Source: a virus. Taken from it: a stretch of DNA of 49,956 nucleotides. The stretch is taken from IMG/VR virus record IMGVR_UViG_3300035698_021428. One strand, written 5' to 3'. Positions 14,992 to 23,436 of the stretch are shown here, one piece after another. The notes below the pieces were generated by a model. That model searched no databases. It was not told the DNA's origin and was given only the letters and a program-made list of their open reading frames with translations. A program made the translations under genes and the position numbers. Numbering within the stretch: the stretch's first letter is position 1; every line of letters begins with the position of its first letter.

Positions 14992-15540
14992 ATGTGTAGC
15001 AGCGATCGCAAACGCGCAAAAAAAGACCTAAGGCTTGCTACTTTTGTCGCAATATGTTCAATCCTTGCTTTTGTTCCGATTTGGTATTTTGCAATAAATG
15101 GCAGTATTATTGCTTCAACCTCAAACGATAATGATCCATTTCTAGTTGATATAAATATGATGTATATTGGCGATTTTGGGCTTGGTATTAGCACCTACCT
15201 TGATGAGAATCCACAATCAAGCGTCAAAGAAGCCTATAATGCAGCCTTATTGGATTCTGGGGCTAATTTCCGTAAAGCAATGAGCACGTTCACTGTGTAT
15301 CTAAATCCTAATCGTGAAATGTGGAAAGATTACTCACGATCAAAGGCAAGAAATGAAGCAATAAAACTTTTGATTCTTGCTAAATCTGTAGATAAAACTG
15401 GCGAGTATCTTGACCTGGTTATACTTGAGCATAGTAGCTGGATCGTTCGTAATCAAATTCTAACAGAAGAACTTGAAAAGCGACATCCTATGACAATATT
15501 TTCACAGTCAATATTACCAAATGATTTCATAGCAAAGTGA
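14992..15540 (+). CDS. hypothetical membrane-anchored protein (182 aa)
   Basis: GGGAGG RBS plus ATG 14992. One N-terminal TM helix (LATFVAICSILAFVPIWYFAI). Confidence 0.55.
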   Translation: MCSSDRKRAKKDLRLATFVAICSILAFVPIWYFAINGSIIASTSNDNDPFLVDINMMYIGDFGLGISTYLDENPQSSVKEAYNAALLDSGANFRKAMSTFTVYLNPNREMWKDYSRSKARNEAIKLLILAKSVDKTGEYLDLVILEHSSWIVRNQILTEELEKRHPMTIFSQSILPNDFIAK

Positions 15541-15585
15541 GGAAAAAGTTGCTAGACTGTGGGTTTCTTGAATCAGGGAGACAAG

Positions 15586-16215
15586 ATGTCTGAGCAAAAA
15601 AACGTATTGCCTAATAGCGACTGCAAAACCGGCGAAGCCAGTGCAATTAGGGATAAACACCCTTGCGAAGTTCCTCGTGATTATGTCTGTTCCATTTGCG
15701 ATCACAAAGGATCACTACATAGCGTTGGCATGATTCTTGAACGAGGCGATGACAGGGAAGACGGTGAAGACCAATACGCCTGCCCTAAATGCTTCTGGGA
15801 GCGAACCCCAATAGGAAAACACACGCCAGAGCCCTGGCATTGGCACATGGAAGATAGATCCACGATGTTTATTTCGGGCCTTCGTGATTACATCAAATAT
15901 CCTATTCTGAATGCAGCAAGATGCACAGCATGTCAAGATGCATGCGTTAATAATTTTCCTTGCGGATGGCCTTCTAAAGCTAATGCTGATCGTATCTGTA
16001 GTTGTGTCAACGCATGTACAGGTATTAAAGATCCTGAAAAAACAATAATTGAACTAAAGAGCGCCTTGCAAGATACTCTAGTGTTTGTAGGCAAAATAAT
16101 GAAAAATAAAAGGGATGCCGACCCAAACTATGATGAGTTCAATAACAAAGAATCAGAGATTTATGATAAACTTCACAGCGCTAGCCTGGCACTTAATAGT
16201 AAATATGGATGGTAG
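15586..16215 (+). CDS. Cys-rich hypothetical protein (209 aa)
   Basis: AGGGAG RBS plus ATG 15586. Multiple CxxC pairs. Confidence 0.55.
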   Translation: MSEQKNVLPNSDCKTGEASAIRDKHPCEVPRDYVCSICDHKGSLHSVGMILERGDDREDGEDQYACPKCFWERTPIGKHTPEPWHWHMEDRSTMFISGLRDYIKYPILNAARCTACQDACVNNFPCGWPSKANADRICSCVNACTGIKDPEKTIIELKSALQDTLVFVGKIMKNKRDADPNYDEFNNKESEIYDKLHSASLALNSKYGW

Positions 16216-16544
16216 AAGAAATTCAACAAGAAATTGACAAACTCCAACCGTTGTTTCGGGTTCTTGTCGAGTGGGATATAGTTGCTATCGTTGATAAGGA
16301 TTATCAATGCGAAGTTCATATCAACGAGAAAGAACGCAAAGCTTGTATCCTTCCTTGCTGTTGGGAAGGCTCAAAACCGAATGATTATGTATTTCATGAG
16401 CTAATGCATCTTTGTTGTCGAGAAATTAGTTTGGGAGAATATTCCGAACGGCGGGAAAAAGAAGAAATATTTGTTCAAGACTTAAGTAAGTTATTTAGAA
16501 GTTTTTTGGATCAATCCAACTATGAAGATTTATTGCGACATTGA
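16209..16544 (+). CDS. small protein with HExxH motif (HELMH), possible minimal metallopeptidase (111 aa)
   Basis: ORF track. 'YVFHELMHLCC'. Confidence 0.45.
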   Translation: MVEEIQQEIDKLQPLFRVLVEWDIVAIVDKDYQCEVHINEKERKACILPCCWEGSKPNDYVFHELMHLCCREISLGEYSERREKEEIFVQDLSKLFRSFLDQSNYEDLLRH

Positions 16545-16853
16545 CGGAACGCTTACAGACGAGCGATTCAAAACCTGGGGCAATCCTGTTATGCCTCGAA
16601 TAGACAAGCTAAAACAATTAATCAAAGATGGTAATCAGGTTGTTCTTTGGTCAGGGGAGGAACTAATTATGCTCGTAAATTTGCCAAGAAATATGGAATC
16701 AAAACTATTGCGGCTATAGGAAAACCAGATGTTGTTATTGATGACAACCCTAAGCTTCGTCCTGCAAAAAGAACAAAGTATCTATCTCCTGAACAATTTG
16801 AATCGCAAGATATTGATTCAGGACAGAAATGGTTAGATGTTTTGGGGGTTTGA
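16522..16853 (+). CDS. HAD-superfamily hydrolase/phosphatase split by a -1 frameshift at a G4 run (16654-16657); possible pseudogene or sequencing error
   Basis: Frame A carries 'MKIYCDIDGTLTD...NQVVLWSG' (HAD motif I DxDGT). Frame B carries 'GGTNYARKFAKKYGIKTIAAIGKPDVVIDDN'. One extra G would join them. Confidence 0.65.
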
Positions 16854-16855
16854 TT

Positions 16856-17161
16856 CTAGAAGCCGCTCAGATCGGGCCAACTATGAAGGGGTAGTCCTTC
16901 TCCTGCTCGCAGTTCATTGATCCAATCTCGATGGCGGCTAACGATTGTCCAATGCTTTTTTAGTTGATTATCTTGTTTAGCATCTGCGTCTGTATTCGAT
17001 GCAATACCATTAAGAGTTTGTTGCATAAGAGCAATTTGGATTTTAAGTTCTGCGTCTTTGTCATTGAGATCGTTAATACGGACCAATGACCATGTGAAAA
17101 GACCGCTGAGGATTAGGATCAAAAGTCCTAACAATGATTGTATAATTTTGTCTGAATTCAT
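16856..17161 (-). CDS. single-pass membrane protein with coiled-coil (101 aa)
   Basis: ATG at 17161 (MNSDKIIQSLLGLLILILSGLFTWSLV...). The longer track start would overlap tRNA-Ser. Confidence 0.5.
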   Translation of the reverse strand: MNSDKIIQSLLGLLILILSGLFTWSLVRINDLNDKDAELKIQIALMQQTLNGIASNTDADAKQDNQLKKHWTIVSRHRDWINELRAGEGLPLHSWPDLSGF

Positions 17162-17214
17162 AAAAGCTCTCCCTAAGAGTGTATGTTCTGCTGGTAAATA
17201 TTGAAATCCTTCCT

Positions 17215-17299
17215 GGAAGATAACCCCAAACGGCGACGGGCAATGTTTCGAAAACATTTGGAGGTTAATAGCCTTGCGGTTCGATCCCGCTGTCTTCCT
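17215..17299 (+). tRNA. tRNA-Ser (CGA), paralog of the 13271 tRNA (same acceptor, variable and T arms)
   Basis: Acceptor ggaagata/tgtcttcc. Anticodon arm aatgt-ttCGAaa-acatt. Variable arm tggaggttaatagcctt. T arm gcgg-ttcgatc-ccgc. Confidence 0.8.
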
Positions 17300-17401
17300 T
17301 TTTGAGTGAAATACTATAATCAGGTGAATATTGACTGTGGTACAATAGGAAAATCAACTGTTGCTATCGGATAAAGAATTAGATAAGGAGCTTGAAAATA
17401 A

Positions 17402-17872
17402 ATGAGTAGCAATGTATTTACCTATGGTATTCGGGCGCGCATACCTCAACTTAACGGCGCTGACGCAACTGCTGCCCTCGCATTCTTTCGGCCTTTGATC
17501 GGAGAACCAGAAGATATAGACGAGTCAGACGGCGTGGTGCGATACTTCTACTATGACGACTACTCAAATCCATATCCCGACCAATCCAAAAGTCGCAAGA
17601 GAGAGTATCAAGCTGTCAGAAACGAAACATACAAGCAAAAAGATCCAGGTTGGGGAGTACAGAAATCCTTCCATAGCATGTCTGACGAAGCAGGGCCAAC
17701 GGAAATGCTACTTTCGCTTGAGTTCATTCAGGACGAGATTCAGAAAATGGCAAAGAAATTTGGTCTGGATTCTTCACATATTATTGTATATGCGTACTCG
17801 TGGTATAATGGGACGAATGAGCCGATAACGCTGGATGCTAAGAATCCAGAGATCCTCATTGAGGAAAGTTAG
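17402..17872 (+). CDS. hypothetical protein (156 aa)
   Basis: ORF track. AGGAG upstream. Confidence 0.6.
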   Translation: MSSNVFTYGIRARIPQLNGADATAALAFFRPLIGEPEDIDESDGVVRYFYYDDYSNPYPDQSKSRKREYQAVRNETYKQKDPGWGVQKSFHSMSDEAGPTEMLLSLEFIQDEIQKMAKKFGLDSSHIIVYAYSWYNGTNEPITLDAKNPEILIEES

Positions 17873-17879
17873 GAATCAT

Positions 17880-18266
17880 ATGAAATGTTGCGAGCATCAA
17901 GACGTTTATTGGTATCCTTGTATAAATGAAGCAGGATGGAAGTGCCTGTCCTGCCAGAAAAAAGGCTTCGATCCAGAGCTTGATCGAGAATTTCTTGACA
18001 ATAAAGTTGAAGGCATTATACAAGATATGCAGGAAAGTAAATTTGTTTATTTTTCTAATAGTTCAGAAGGTGAGGCTGTTGTTGCAGCGGTCTGCGAAGA
18101 CTGCGAGAAACTAGGCCAATATGATCAGTACACGATTATCATGGAAATCATGAAGGTTTGCCAGCCTAGTCATGCGGCTTATTGGAAAAATAAACAGGCA
18201 GACGAGGAAAAGACAAAGAAATTCCCGAATATAGATTGGAATGGGATAGAGGCTGATCTGAAATAA
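17880..18266 (+). CDS. Cys-rich hypothetical protein (128 aa)
   Basis: AGGAA RBS plus ATG 17880 (MKCCEHQDVYWYPC...). Confidence 0.55.
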   Translation: MKCCEHQDVYWYPCINEAGWKCLSCQKKGFDPELDREFLDNKVEGIIQDMQESKFVYFSNSSEGEAVVAAVCEDCEKLGQYDQYTIIMEIMKVCQPSHAAYWKNKQADEEKTKKFPNIDWNGIEADLK

Positions 18267-18488
18267 GATACACCGTAAGCAATCAATTTTCGAGGACAGT
18301 ATAATGAAAATTTTAGTAACCCTGAACCTTCAAACTGTTGTTGAAGCAACAACAGACGAACAGTATCAAAAAGATATATTTAAGATGATAAGCCATCTCG
18401 AAGAGCATGGTTTTACTGTCAATATTGAGAGCGAAGAAAACGCAGAGTAATATCTCTTTCTTGTTTATGAAATTCGCATAGATCTTGT

Positions 18489-18510
18489 AGCCTTCTTCGG
18501 AAGGCTTTTA
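18489..18510 (+). terminator. rho-independent terminator
   Basis: agccttc-ttcg-gaaggct followed by TTTTATTTT. Confidence 0.8.
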
Positions 18511-18578
18511 TTTTGCGCAGAAGTGGCAGATAATTCCGCTACAATGATCTCGCTAATAGGCTTTTAGCGAGGAATGCA

Positions 18579-19538
18579 ATGACCGATCTGGTGACGTTTT
18601 CAAACTTTTTCATGATTTCTGGTTTTCTTTTGGCGGCTTATTCTGTAGTAGCCAACGATAGCGTTCAAACGCTTGGAACATTTATGGCCTCCAATAGCCA
18701 TAGGCGATGGTGGGTTCTTTGGTTGTCAGCGTCAGCAGTTCTTGTTGCTACGCTATTATTTAGCTGGTTTGTATATGATGGAGACATAAGTCAGGGGAGA
18801 TTAGACAGCATTCCATATGACGGCAATTTTCAATGGTACCATGCAGTAGCGCCTCTGATTCTTGTTTTCATGACTAGATTTGGGATACCTGTTTCTACAA
18901 CTTTTTTGGTTATCAGCGTATTTGCTAGTTCAGTTGTAATCGAAAAGGTTATATTAAAATCTGTGATGGGATATGGAGTTGCGGCGATAACGGCATATAC
19001 TCTATGGACAGTTTTGAGCAGATTCTTAGACGAACATGATAAAGTCGATCCCAAGAACCGCAATAGATGGTTTATAGCTCAATGGCTAACCACTGGCTTT
19101 TTGTGGTCTACCTGGTTGAGTCATGATATGGCAAACATCGCTGTCTACATGCCTCGGCAACTAAGCTTTCCATTGCTTCTAGTCGTCTTTGTTGTTCTTA
19201 TTAGCGGTTTGGCTATGACCTTCAAGCTTCGAGGCGGCAGGATCCAGAAAATCGTTCTCGACAAAACAGGCACTCGATATGCTAGAAGCGCGACCATTAT
19301 CGATTTCGTCTTTGCATGCATTCTCTTAGTTTTCAAAGAATGGTCCACGATACCAATGTCAACGACCTGGGTCTTCGTTGGTCTGCTTTGCGGTCGAGAA
19401 TTAGCGATTCATGCATCAGTAAAATTCGAGAGTACGAAAGCCGTATTCCCCATTATTGCCAAAGATTTTGCCAAGGTTCTTGTTGGGCTTGGCGTATCGC
19501 TAGTTCTTGTATGGATCATTCAAGGGACAAAAATATAG
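18579..19538 (+). CDS. polytopic membrane protein (319 aa), tentatively PiT/PHO4-like transporter
   Basis: About 9 hydrophobic segments. 'VVANDSVQTLGTF' and 'SHDMANIAVY' weakly resemble the duplicated GANDVAN signature of PiT phosphate transporters. Confidence 0.6.
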   Translation: MTDLVTFSNFFMISGFLLAAYSVVANDSVQTLGTFMASNSHRRWWVLWLSASAVLVATLLFSWFVYDGDISQGRLDSIPYDGNFQWYHAVAPLILVFMTRFGIPVSTTFLVISVFASSVVIEKVILKSVMGYGVAAITAYTLWTVLSRFLDEHDKVDPKNRNRWFIAQWLTTGFLWSTWLSHDMANIAVYMPRQLSFPLLLVVFVVLISGLAMTFKLRGGRIQKIVLDKTGTRYARSATIIDFVFACILLVFKEWSTIPMSTTWVFVGLLCGRELAIHASVKFESTKAVFPIIAKDFAKVLVGLGVSLVLVWIIQGTKI

Positions 19539-19636
19539 AAAGAGTAGAACAGTTGTTCATATTGCATATCTTGTAGAAGGAAAGAAAACGTTTCTTCGAG
19601 TAATAGAATGTATTGGTTCTAGTACAGGAGAACGCT

Positions 19637-19945
19637 ATGCCACAGTGTGTCAAATTCCCAAGTCAAGAAGGCAGGGCAACGGTACTTCCAGGAAATTTTG
19701 AAGTATACCTAAGTCTTGACGGCAAAAATGCTTGGATGGAATATATTCGTAATGCCTCTCAATGGGGAGCCTGGCGTCAGGCTGAACAAAAACTCTATTC
19801 GGTTCAGTTAGAGCAAAGCGGCAACGCTGAAGATTTATCAAGTAAGTTCCTTGCTCGCGAAACGCCATTTCGTAGAGCAGAAGAAGACATGTTTGATCTT
19901 GCTGCTCTTTGGGTCTCAGAAGGCCCTATTGAAGTTAAGCCATAA
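19637..19945 (+). CDS. hypothetical protein (102 aa)
   Basis: GGAGAA RBS plus ATG 19637. Confidence 0.5.
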   Translation: MPQCVKFPSQEGRATVLPGNFEVYLSLDGKNAWMEYIRNASQWGAWRQAEQKLYSVQLEQSGNAEDLSSKFLARETPFRRAEEDMFDLAALWVSEGPIEVKP

Positions 19946-19966
19946 TTCAAATCAAATCAAATGACA

Positions 19967-19998
19967 ACGCCGTTCTTTTCGTGAGGACGGCGTTTTCT
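19967..19998 (+). terminator. rho-independent terminator
   Basis: Stem aacgccgt/acggcgtt, then TTTT. Confidence 0.75.
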
Positions 19999-20069
19999 AT
20001 ACCCGAAGGCTTTTACCTTGTTTTGGTCGAAGAACTTGTAGAGTCATTTTATAAAATCTGGTAAAATAT

Positions 20070-21881
20070 ATGATTATTGAACGTCAGTTTGAAAGCGCAT
20101 TTTATCATGCTCCCATTGGATTCGCTATCGTCTCTTTCGAAGGATTGTTTTTACGAGTCAATAAGGCTCTCGAAGATCTTCTTGGCTACTCAGAAGAAGA
20201 ACTACTACGAATAACTTTCTATGACATAACTCATCCTGATGAACAAATACTCGGTAGGGAATGTATCGCAGAACTTATGAGCGGCGAGAAAGATTTTTGC
20301 CAGTTCGAAAAACGGTACATCCACAAAAACGGTCAATCAATATGGTGCCTGCTCAACACTTCCGTTGTTCGCAACGAGCGGAATGAACCTGTACATCTAG
20401 TTTCTCAAATACTAAACATACACGAGAAAAAAGAAGTTGATCTAAAACTACATAGAGAAAAACAACAGACTCAAAAAATACTTGATGCTATGGACTCTTT
20501 TATCTGGCATAAAGATACCAATAACAATATTCTTAGAACCAATAAAAAGGTAGCAGACAGTCTTGGCCTTAGAAGATCTGATATTGAAGGTCATTGTTCA
20601 ACTGAGTTTTACCCTATGGAATCGAAAAAACCGATATTTGGAATAACAGAACCAGTCTCTACCAAGAATGGCAAGAAATGGGTTTCAACTGACAAGATTC
20701 CAATGTTTGATGATGATGGAGAAGTTACAGGCATACTCGTTGTTTCAACTGATATAACCGAGATTAAACAACAAGAGCAAAAGCTTGAAGAGTATAGCAG
20801 TAGGCTTGAGGTTGCTCTCGATGCTGGCAATATAGGTATTTGGATATGGTATCCTAAAGAAAATCGTCTTGAATGGGATGATCGGATGTTCGATCTTTAT
20901 GGTAGAAAGAAAGATGATTTCAACGGAACTGTTGAAGACTGGTCTCGTTCTTTGGTTGAAGAAGACAGAGACAATGCCTGTGATAACATAGATCAATCGT
21001 TAGAGAAGGGCGTCCCGTTTATTAGCGAGTTTAGAATTCTAAAAAACGGAGAAATTCGGCACATTACAGCTTATGCGCTTCTTGAGTTAGATGACGAAGG
21101 CGAAATTGAAAGCATGATTGGCGCAAATTACGACATAACCGATATGAAGCGGACTGAGGCCAATCTAAGGAGATCCAATGAGGATCTTGAAAGGTTCGCC
21201 TATGCTGCGTCGCACGACCTTAGAGAGCCTCTTAGAACGATCAAGGGTTTTGCTGACCTGTTAGATTCTAAGTACAGCGACGGTTTTGATGAGACTGCTG
21301 AAAAGTACATGGCCTTCATAAAGCAAGGTTGTCTAAAAATGGAAACCCTCATTAACAGCCTGCTTGCTTATTCCAGAGTTGACAGAGATATGGAGTCTGA
21401 CGAAGTAGATGTCGATATGAATGCCACTGTCAGGACAGTATGCGAATCTTTGATGGCAAAAATAGCAGAGAATGATGCAGACATAGAATGGGATAAAAAT
21501 TTACCAGTAATACAGTCAAATTCTAATCTGATGTTTCAGCTATTGCTAAATCTTATAGGCAATGCGGTGAAGTTTAAAAGCGAAGACAGACGATGCAAGG
21601 TATGTATTACTTGCGAAAACTATGATACTGATGACGAGTTTTTAAAGTTTTGTGTCAGAGATAATGGTATAGGTATCGAGGAAAAATTCCAAGATCGTAT
21701 ATTTGAAATCTTTCAACGATTACATGACAGGTCTATGGAAGGGACAGGCGTTGGTTTGGCTCTTTGCAAGAAAATAGTAGAGAATTTTAATGGAAAGATA
21801 TGGGTGGAATCTGAGTATGGAAAAGGATCGTTATTCTGTTTTACACTCCCTAGGGGAAAGACTATCAATAAGAATAACTAA
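20070..21881 (+). CDS. cytoplasmic multi-PAS sensor histidine kinase (603 aa)
   Basis: Three PAS-like repeats. H-box 'FAYAASHDLREPLRTIKGF'. N box 'LLLNLIGNAVKF'. G1 'VRDNGIGIE'. G2 'GTGVGLALCKKIV'. No TM segment. Confidence 0.9.
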   Translation: MIIERQFESAFYHAPIGFAIVSFEGLFLRVNKALEDLLGYSEEELLRITFYDITHPDEQILGRECIAELMSGEKDFCQFEKRYIHKNGQSIWCLLNTSVVRNERNEPVHLVSQILNIHEKKEVDLKLHREKQQTQKILDAMDSFIWHKDTNNNILRTNKKVADSLGLRRSDIEGHCSTEFYPMESKKPIFGITEPVSTKNGKKWVSTDKIPMFDDDGEVTGILVVSTDITEIKQQEQKLEEYSSRLEVALDAGNIGIWIWYPKENRLEWDDRMFDLYGRKKDDFNGTVEDWSRSLVEEDRDNACDNIDQSLEKGVPFISEFRILKNGEIRHITAYALLELDDEGEIESMIGANYDITDMKRTEANLRRSNEDLERFAYAASHDLREPLRTIKGFADLLDSKYSDGFDETAEKYMAFIKQGCLKMETLINSLLAYSRVDRDMESDEVDVDMNATVRTVCESLMAKIAENDADIEWDKNLPVIQSNSNLMFQLLLNLIGNAVKFKSEDRRCKVCITCENYDTDDEFLKFCVRDNGIGIEEKFQDRIFEIFQRLHDRSMEGTGVGLALCKKIVENFNGKIWVESEYGKGSLFCFTLPRGKTINKNN

Positions 21882-22302
21882 AATACTTCTAGTTGAAGAT
21901 AACCCTGCGGATATAGAACTAACCAAAGAAGCTCTGAAATGCAAAACATGTCAACCTAGCTTACATGTTGTTACTGATGGAGAAAAAGCTATACAGTTTC
22001 TCCTAAACGAGGGAGATTACAAGGATTCTCCTAGACCTGATATTATTTTTTTGGATCTCAACCTTCCAAAAATGTGCGGAAAAGAGGTTCTTTCTATCAT
22101 AAAATCGAACGATGAATTGAAAAGTATACCTGTTATCGTTTTAACAACTTCTGAAAATGAGATTGACATAAATCAGACGTACCAAATGCATGCTAATTGC
22201 TATATTAGAAAACCTGTTGATTTTGAGTCTTTCAGAGAAGCTATACATTCAACAAAGAGTTTTTGGTTTACAGTTGCTAAACTACCGGAAAGCGAGAAGT
22301 AG
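21817..22302 (+). CDS. stand-alone CheY-like response-regulator receiver
   Basis: 'ILLVEDNPADIELTKEAL...PDIIFLDLNLPKMCG...PVIVLTTS...HANCYIRKPVDF'. The start is ATG 21817 or 21790, overlapping the kinase 3' end. Confidence 0.85.
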   Translation: MEKDRYSVLHSLGERLSIRITKILLVEDNPADIELTKEALKCKTCQPSLHVVTDGEKAIQFLLNEGDYKDSPRPDIIFLDLNLPKMCGKEVLSIIKSNDELKSIPVIVLTTSENEIDINQTYQMHANCYIRKPVDFESFREAIHSTKSFWFTVAKLPESEK

Positions 22303-22304
22303 CA

Positions 22305-22745
22305 ATGGACACGACTAGCGTTCTTCTTCTTGATGATGATCATGCATTTGCAAATTTGTTCAAAGAACACCTAACTGATCACGCCAAGGATCACTCAAAT
22401 ATAGAGCTTACTCACGTTGATTCGCTAAAAGCTATCGAGCTAGAGCAGCCTTTTGATATTTATTTTATTGATCACAGGCTCTACGGAAGACCTGCTTCCA
22501 TTGAAATTGTAGAAAGATTAAAAAACGCCGGTTTCGGTGGAAAGATTTTTGTTGTTTCTAAATATGGTGATTTTGATCTTCTCAAAGAACTCATGAAGCT
22601 GGGAATAGACGGGTTCATTGATAAAGATGAGATAAATTACGAAGAACTTGTCAGATTCATTGATAGTTTAAATGCTACTAAGTCTCTGCTTCGTAACCTG
22701 AACAATAAATTCGAAGAGCTAAAAAAGAAGCCTACAGACAGGTGA
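22305..22745 (+). CDS. second receiver-domain-like protein (146 aa), divergent
   Basis: 'VLLLDDDHAFANLFKEHL...FDIYFIDHRL...FVVSKYGD'. Starts 2 nt after the previous stop. Confidence 0.65.
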   Translation: MDTTSVLLLDDDHAFANLFKEHLTDHAKDHSNIELTHVDSLKAIELEQPFDIYFIDHRLYGRPASIEIVERLKNAGFGGKIFVVSKYGDFDLLKELMKLGIDGFIDKDEINYEELVRFIDSLNATKSLLRNLNNKFEELKKKPTDR

Positions 22746-22770
22746 ACAAAATAGTCGATATACTCGATAT

Positions 22771-22971
22771 ATGGTTACACTCACATTGGCAGGCATCGTT
22801 TCAAGCGGCTTCGGCCTTCTTTGGTTGATTCTCATCATTGTTGCTGTTCTCAGCGTCATTGGTTCTAAATCACACTCAGGATTGGCGAAAATTCTTTGAA
22901 TCGCATTTATTATTCTATTCCCATTGATCGGCATGATTTGCTGGGCAATCTTTGGACTGAATAAGGGTTGA
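22771..22971 (+). CDS. small two-TM PLDc_N-like (cardiolipin synthase N-terminal-like) membrane protein with an in-frame TGA at 22897-22899
   Basis: '...LSVIGSKSHSGLAKIL[TGA]IAFIILFPLIGMICWAIFGLNKG' matches the family pattern '..K.lW.llil.lP.lG...Y..fG'. The TGA falls on the conserved Trp. Confidence 0.5.
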
Positions 22972-23036
22972 ACATGATTTATTTTCGCATAGAAAGGTTG
23001 GTTTTCCTGTAATTATTTAATTACAAGGAGACCAAC

Positions 23037-23366
23037 ATGTGTAGAGCATCGCGCCGCCGAGAGACTCAAAGAGTACAGAAACGCAGGCACAACCTTATCG
23101 CTTCGATTCACGGGCGAGAGGGATATATCAGTTGGAGCGGAGTGTACATAGAAACTCTCTGGTGGCTGAATGAAAGAAACATTGGACAACTAAAGAACGA
23201 TTTACCAACAGAAATGATTTCGCCTTTTGGGAGCGAGCGGGATTATTGGCTGCGCGGAAAAAGAGCGAAAGCTGCTCGGTCCAATCTCTCTTTTGCAGAA
23301 GAACTTGAAAAACTCGGCTTCAGTCACAATATTAGTTTTAACATAGACGGTTCAACCAAACTTTGA
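23037..23366 (+). CDS. hypothetical basic protein (109 aa)
   Basis: AGGAGA RBS plus ATG. Confidence 0.55.
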   Translation: MCRASRRRETQRVQKRRHNLIASIHGREGYISWSGVYIETLWWLNERNIGQLKNDLPTEMISPFGSERDYWLRGKRAKAARSNLSFAEELEKLGFSHNISFNIDGSTKL

Positions 23367-23436
23367 GGCTAGCAGGTGATTGCGTTCTGTTATACAATGT
23401 GGCGAACACCATTTTATTCCTAACGGAGAACAAGTA

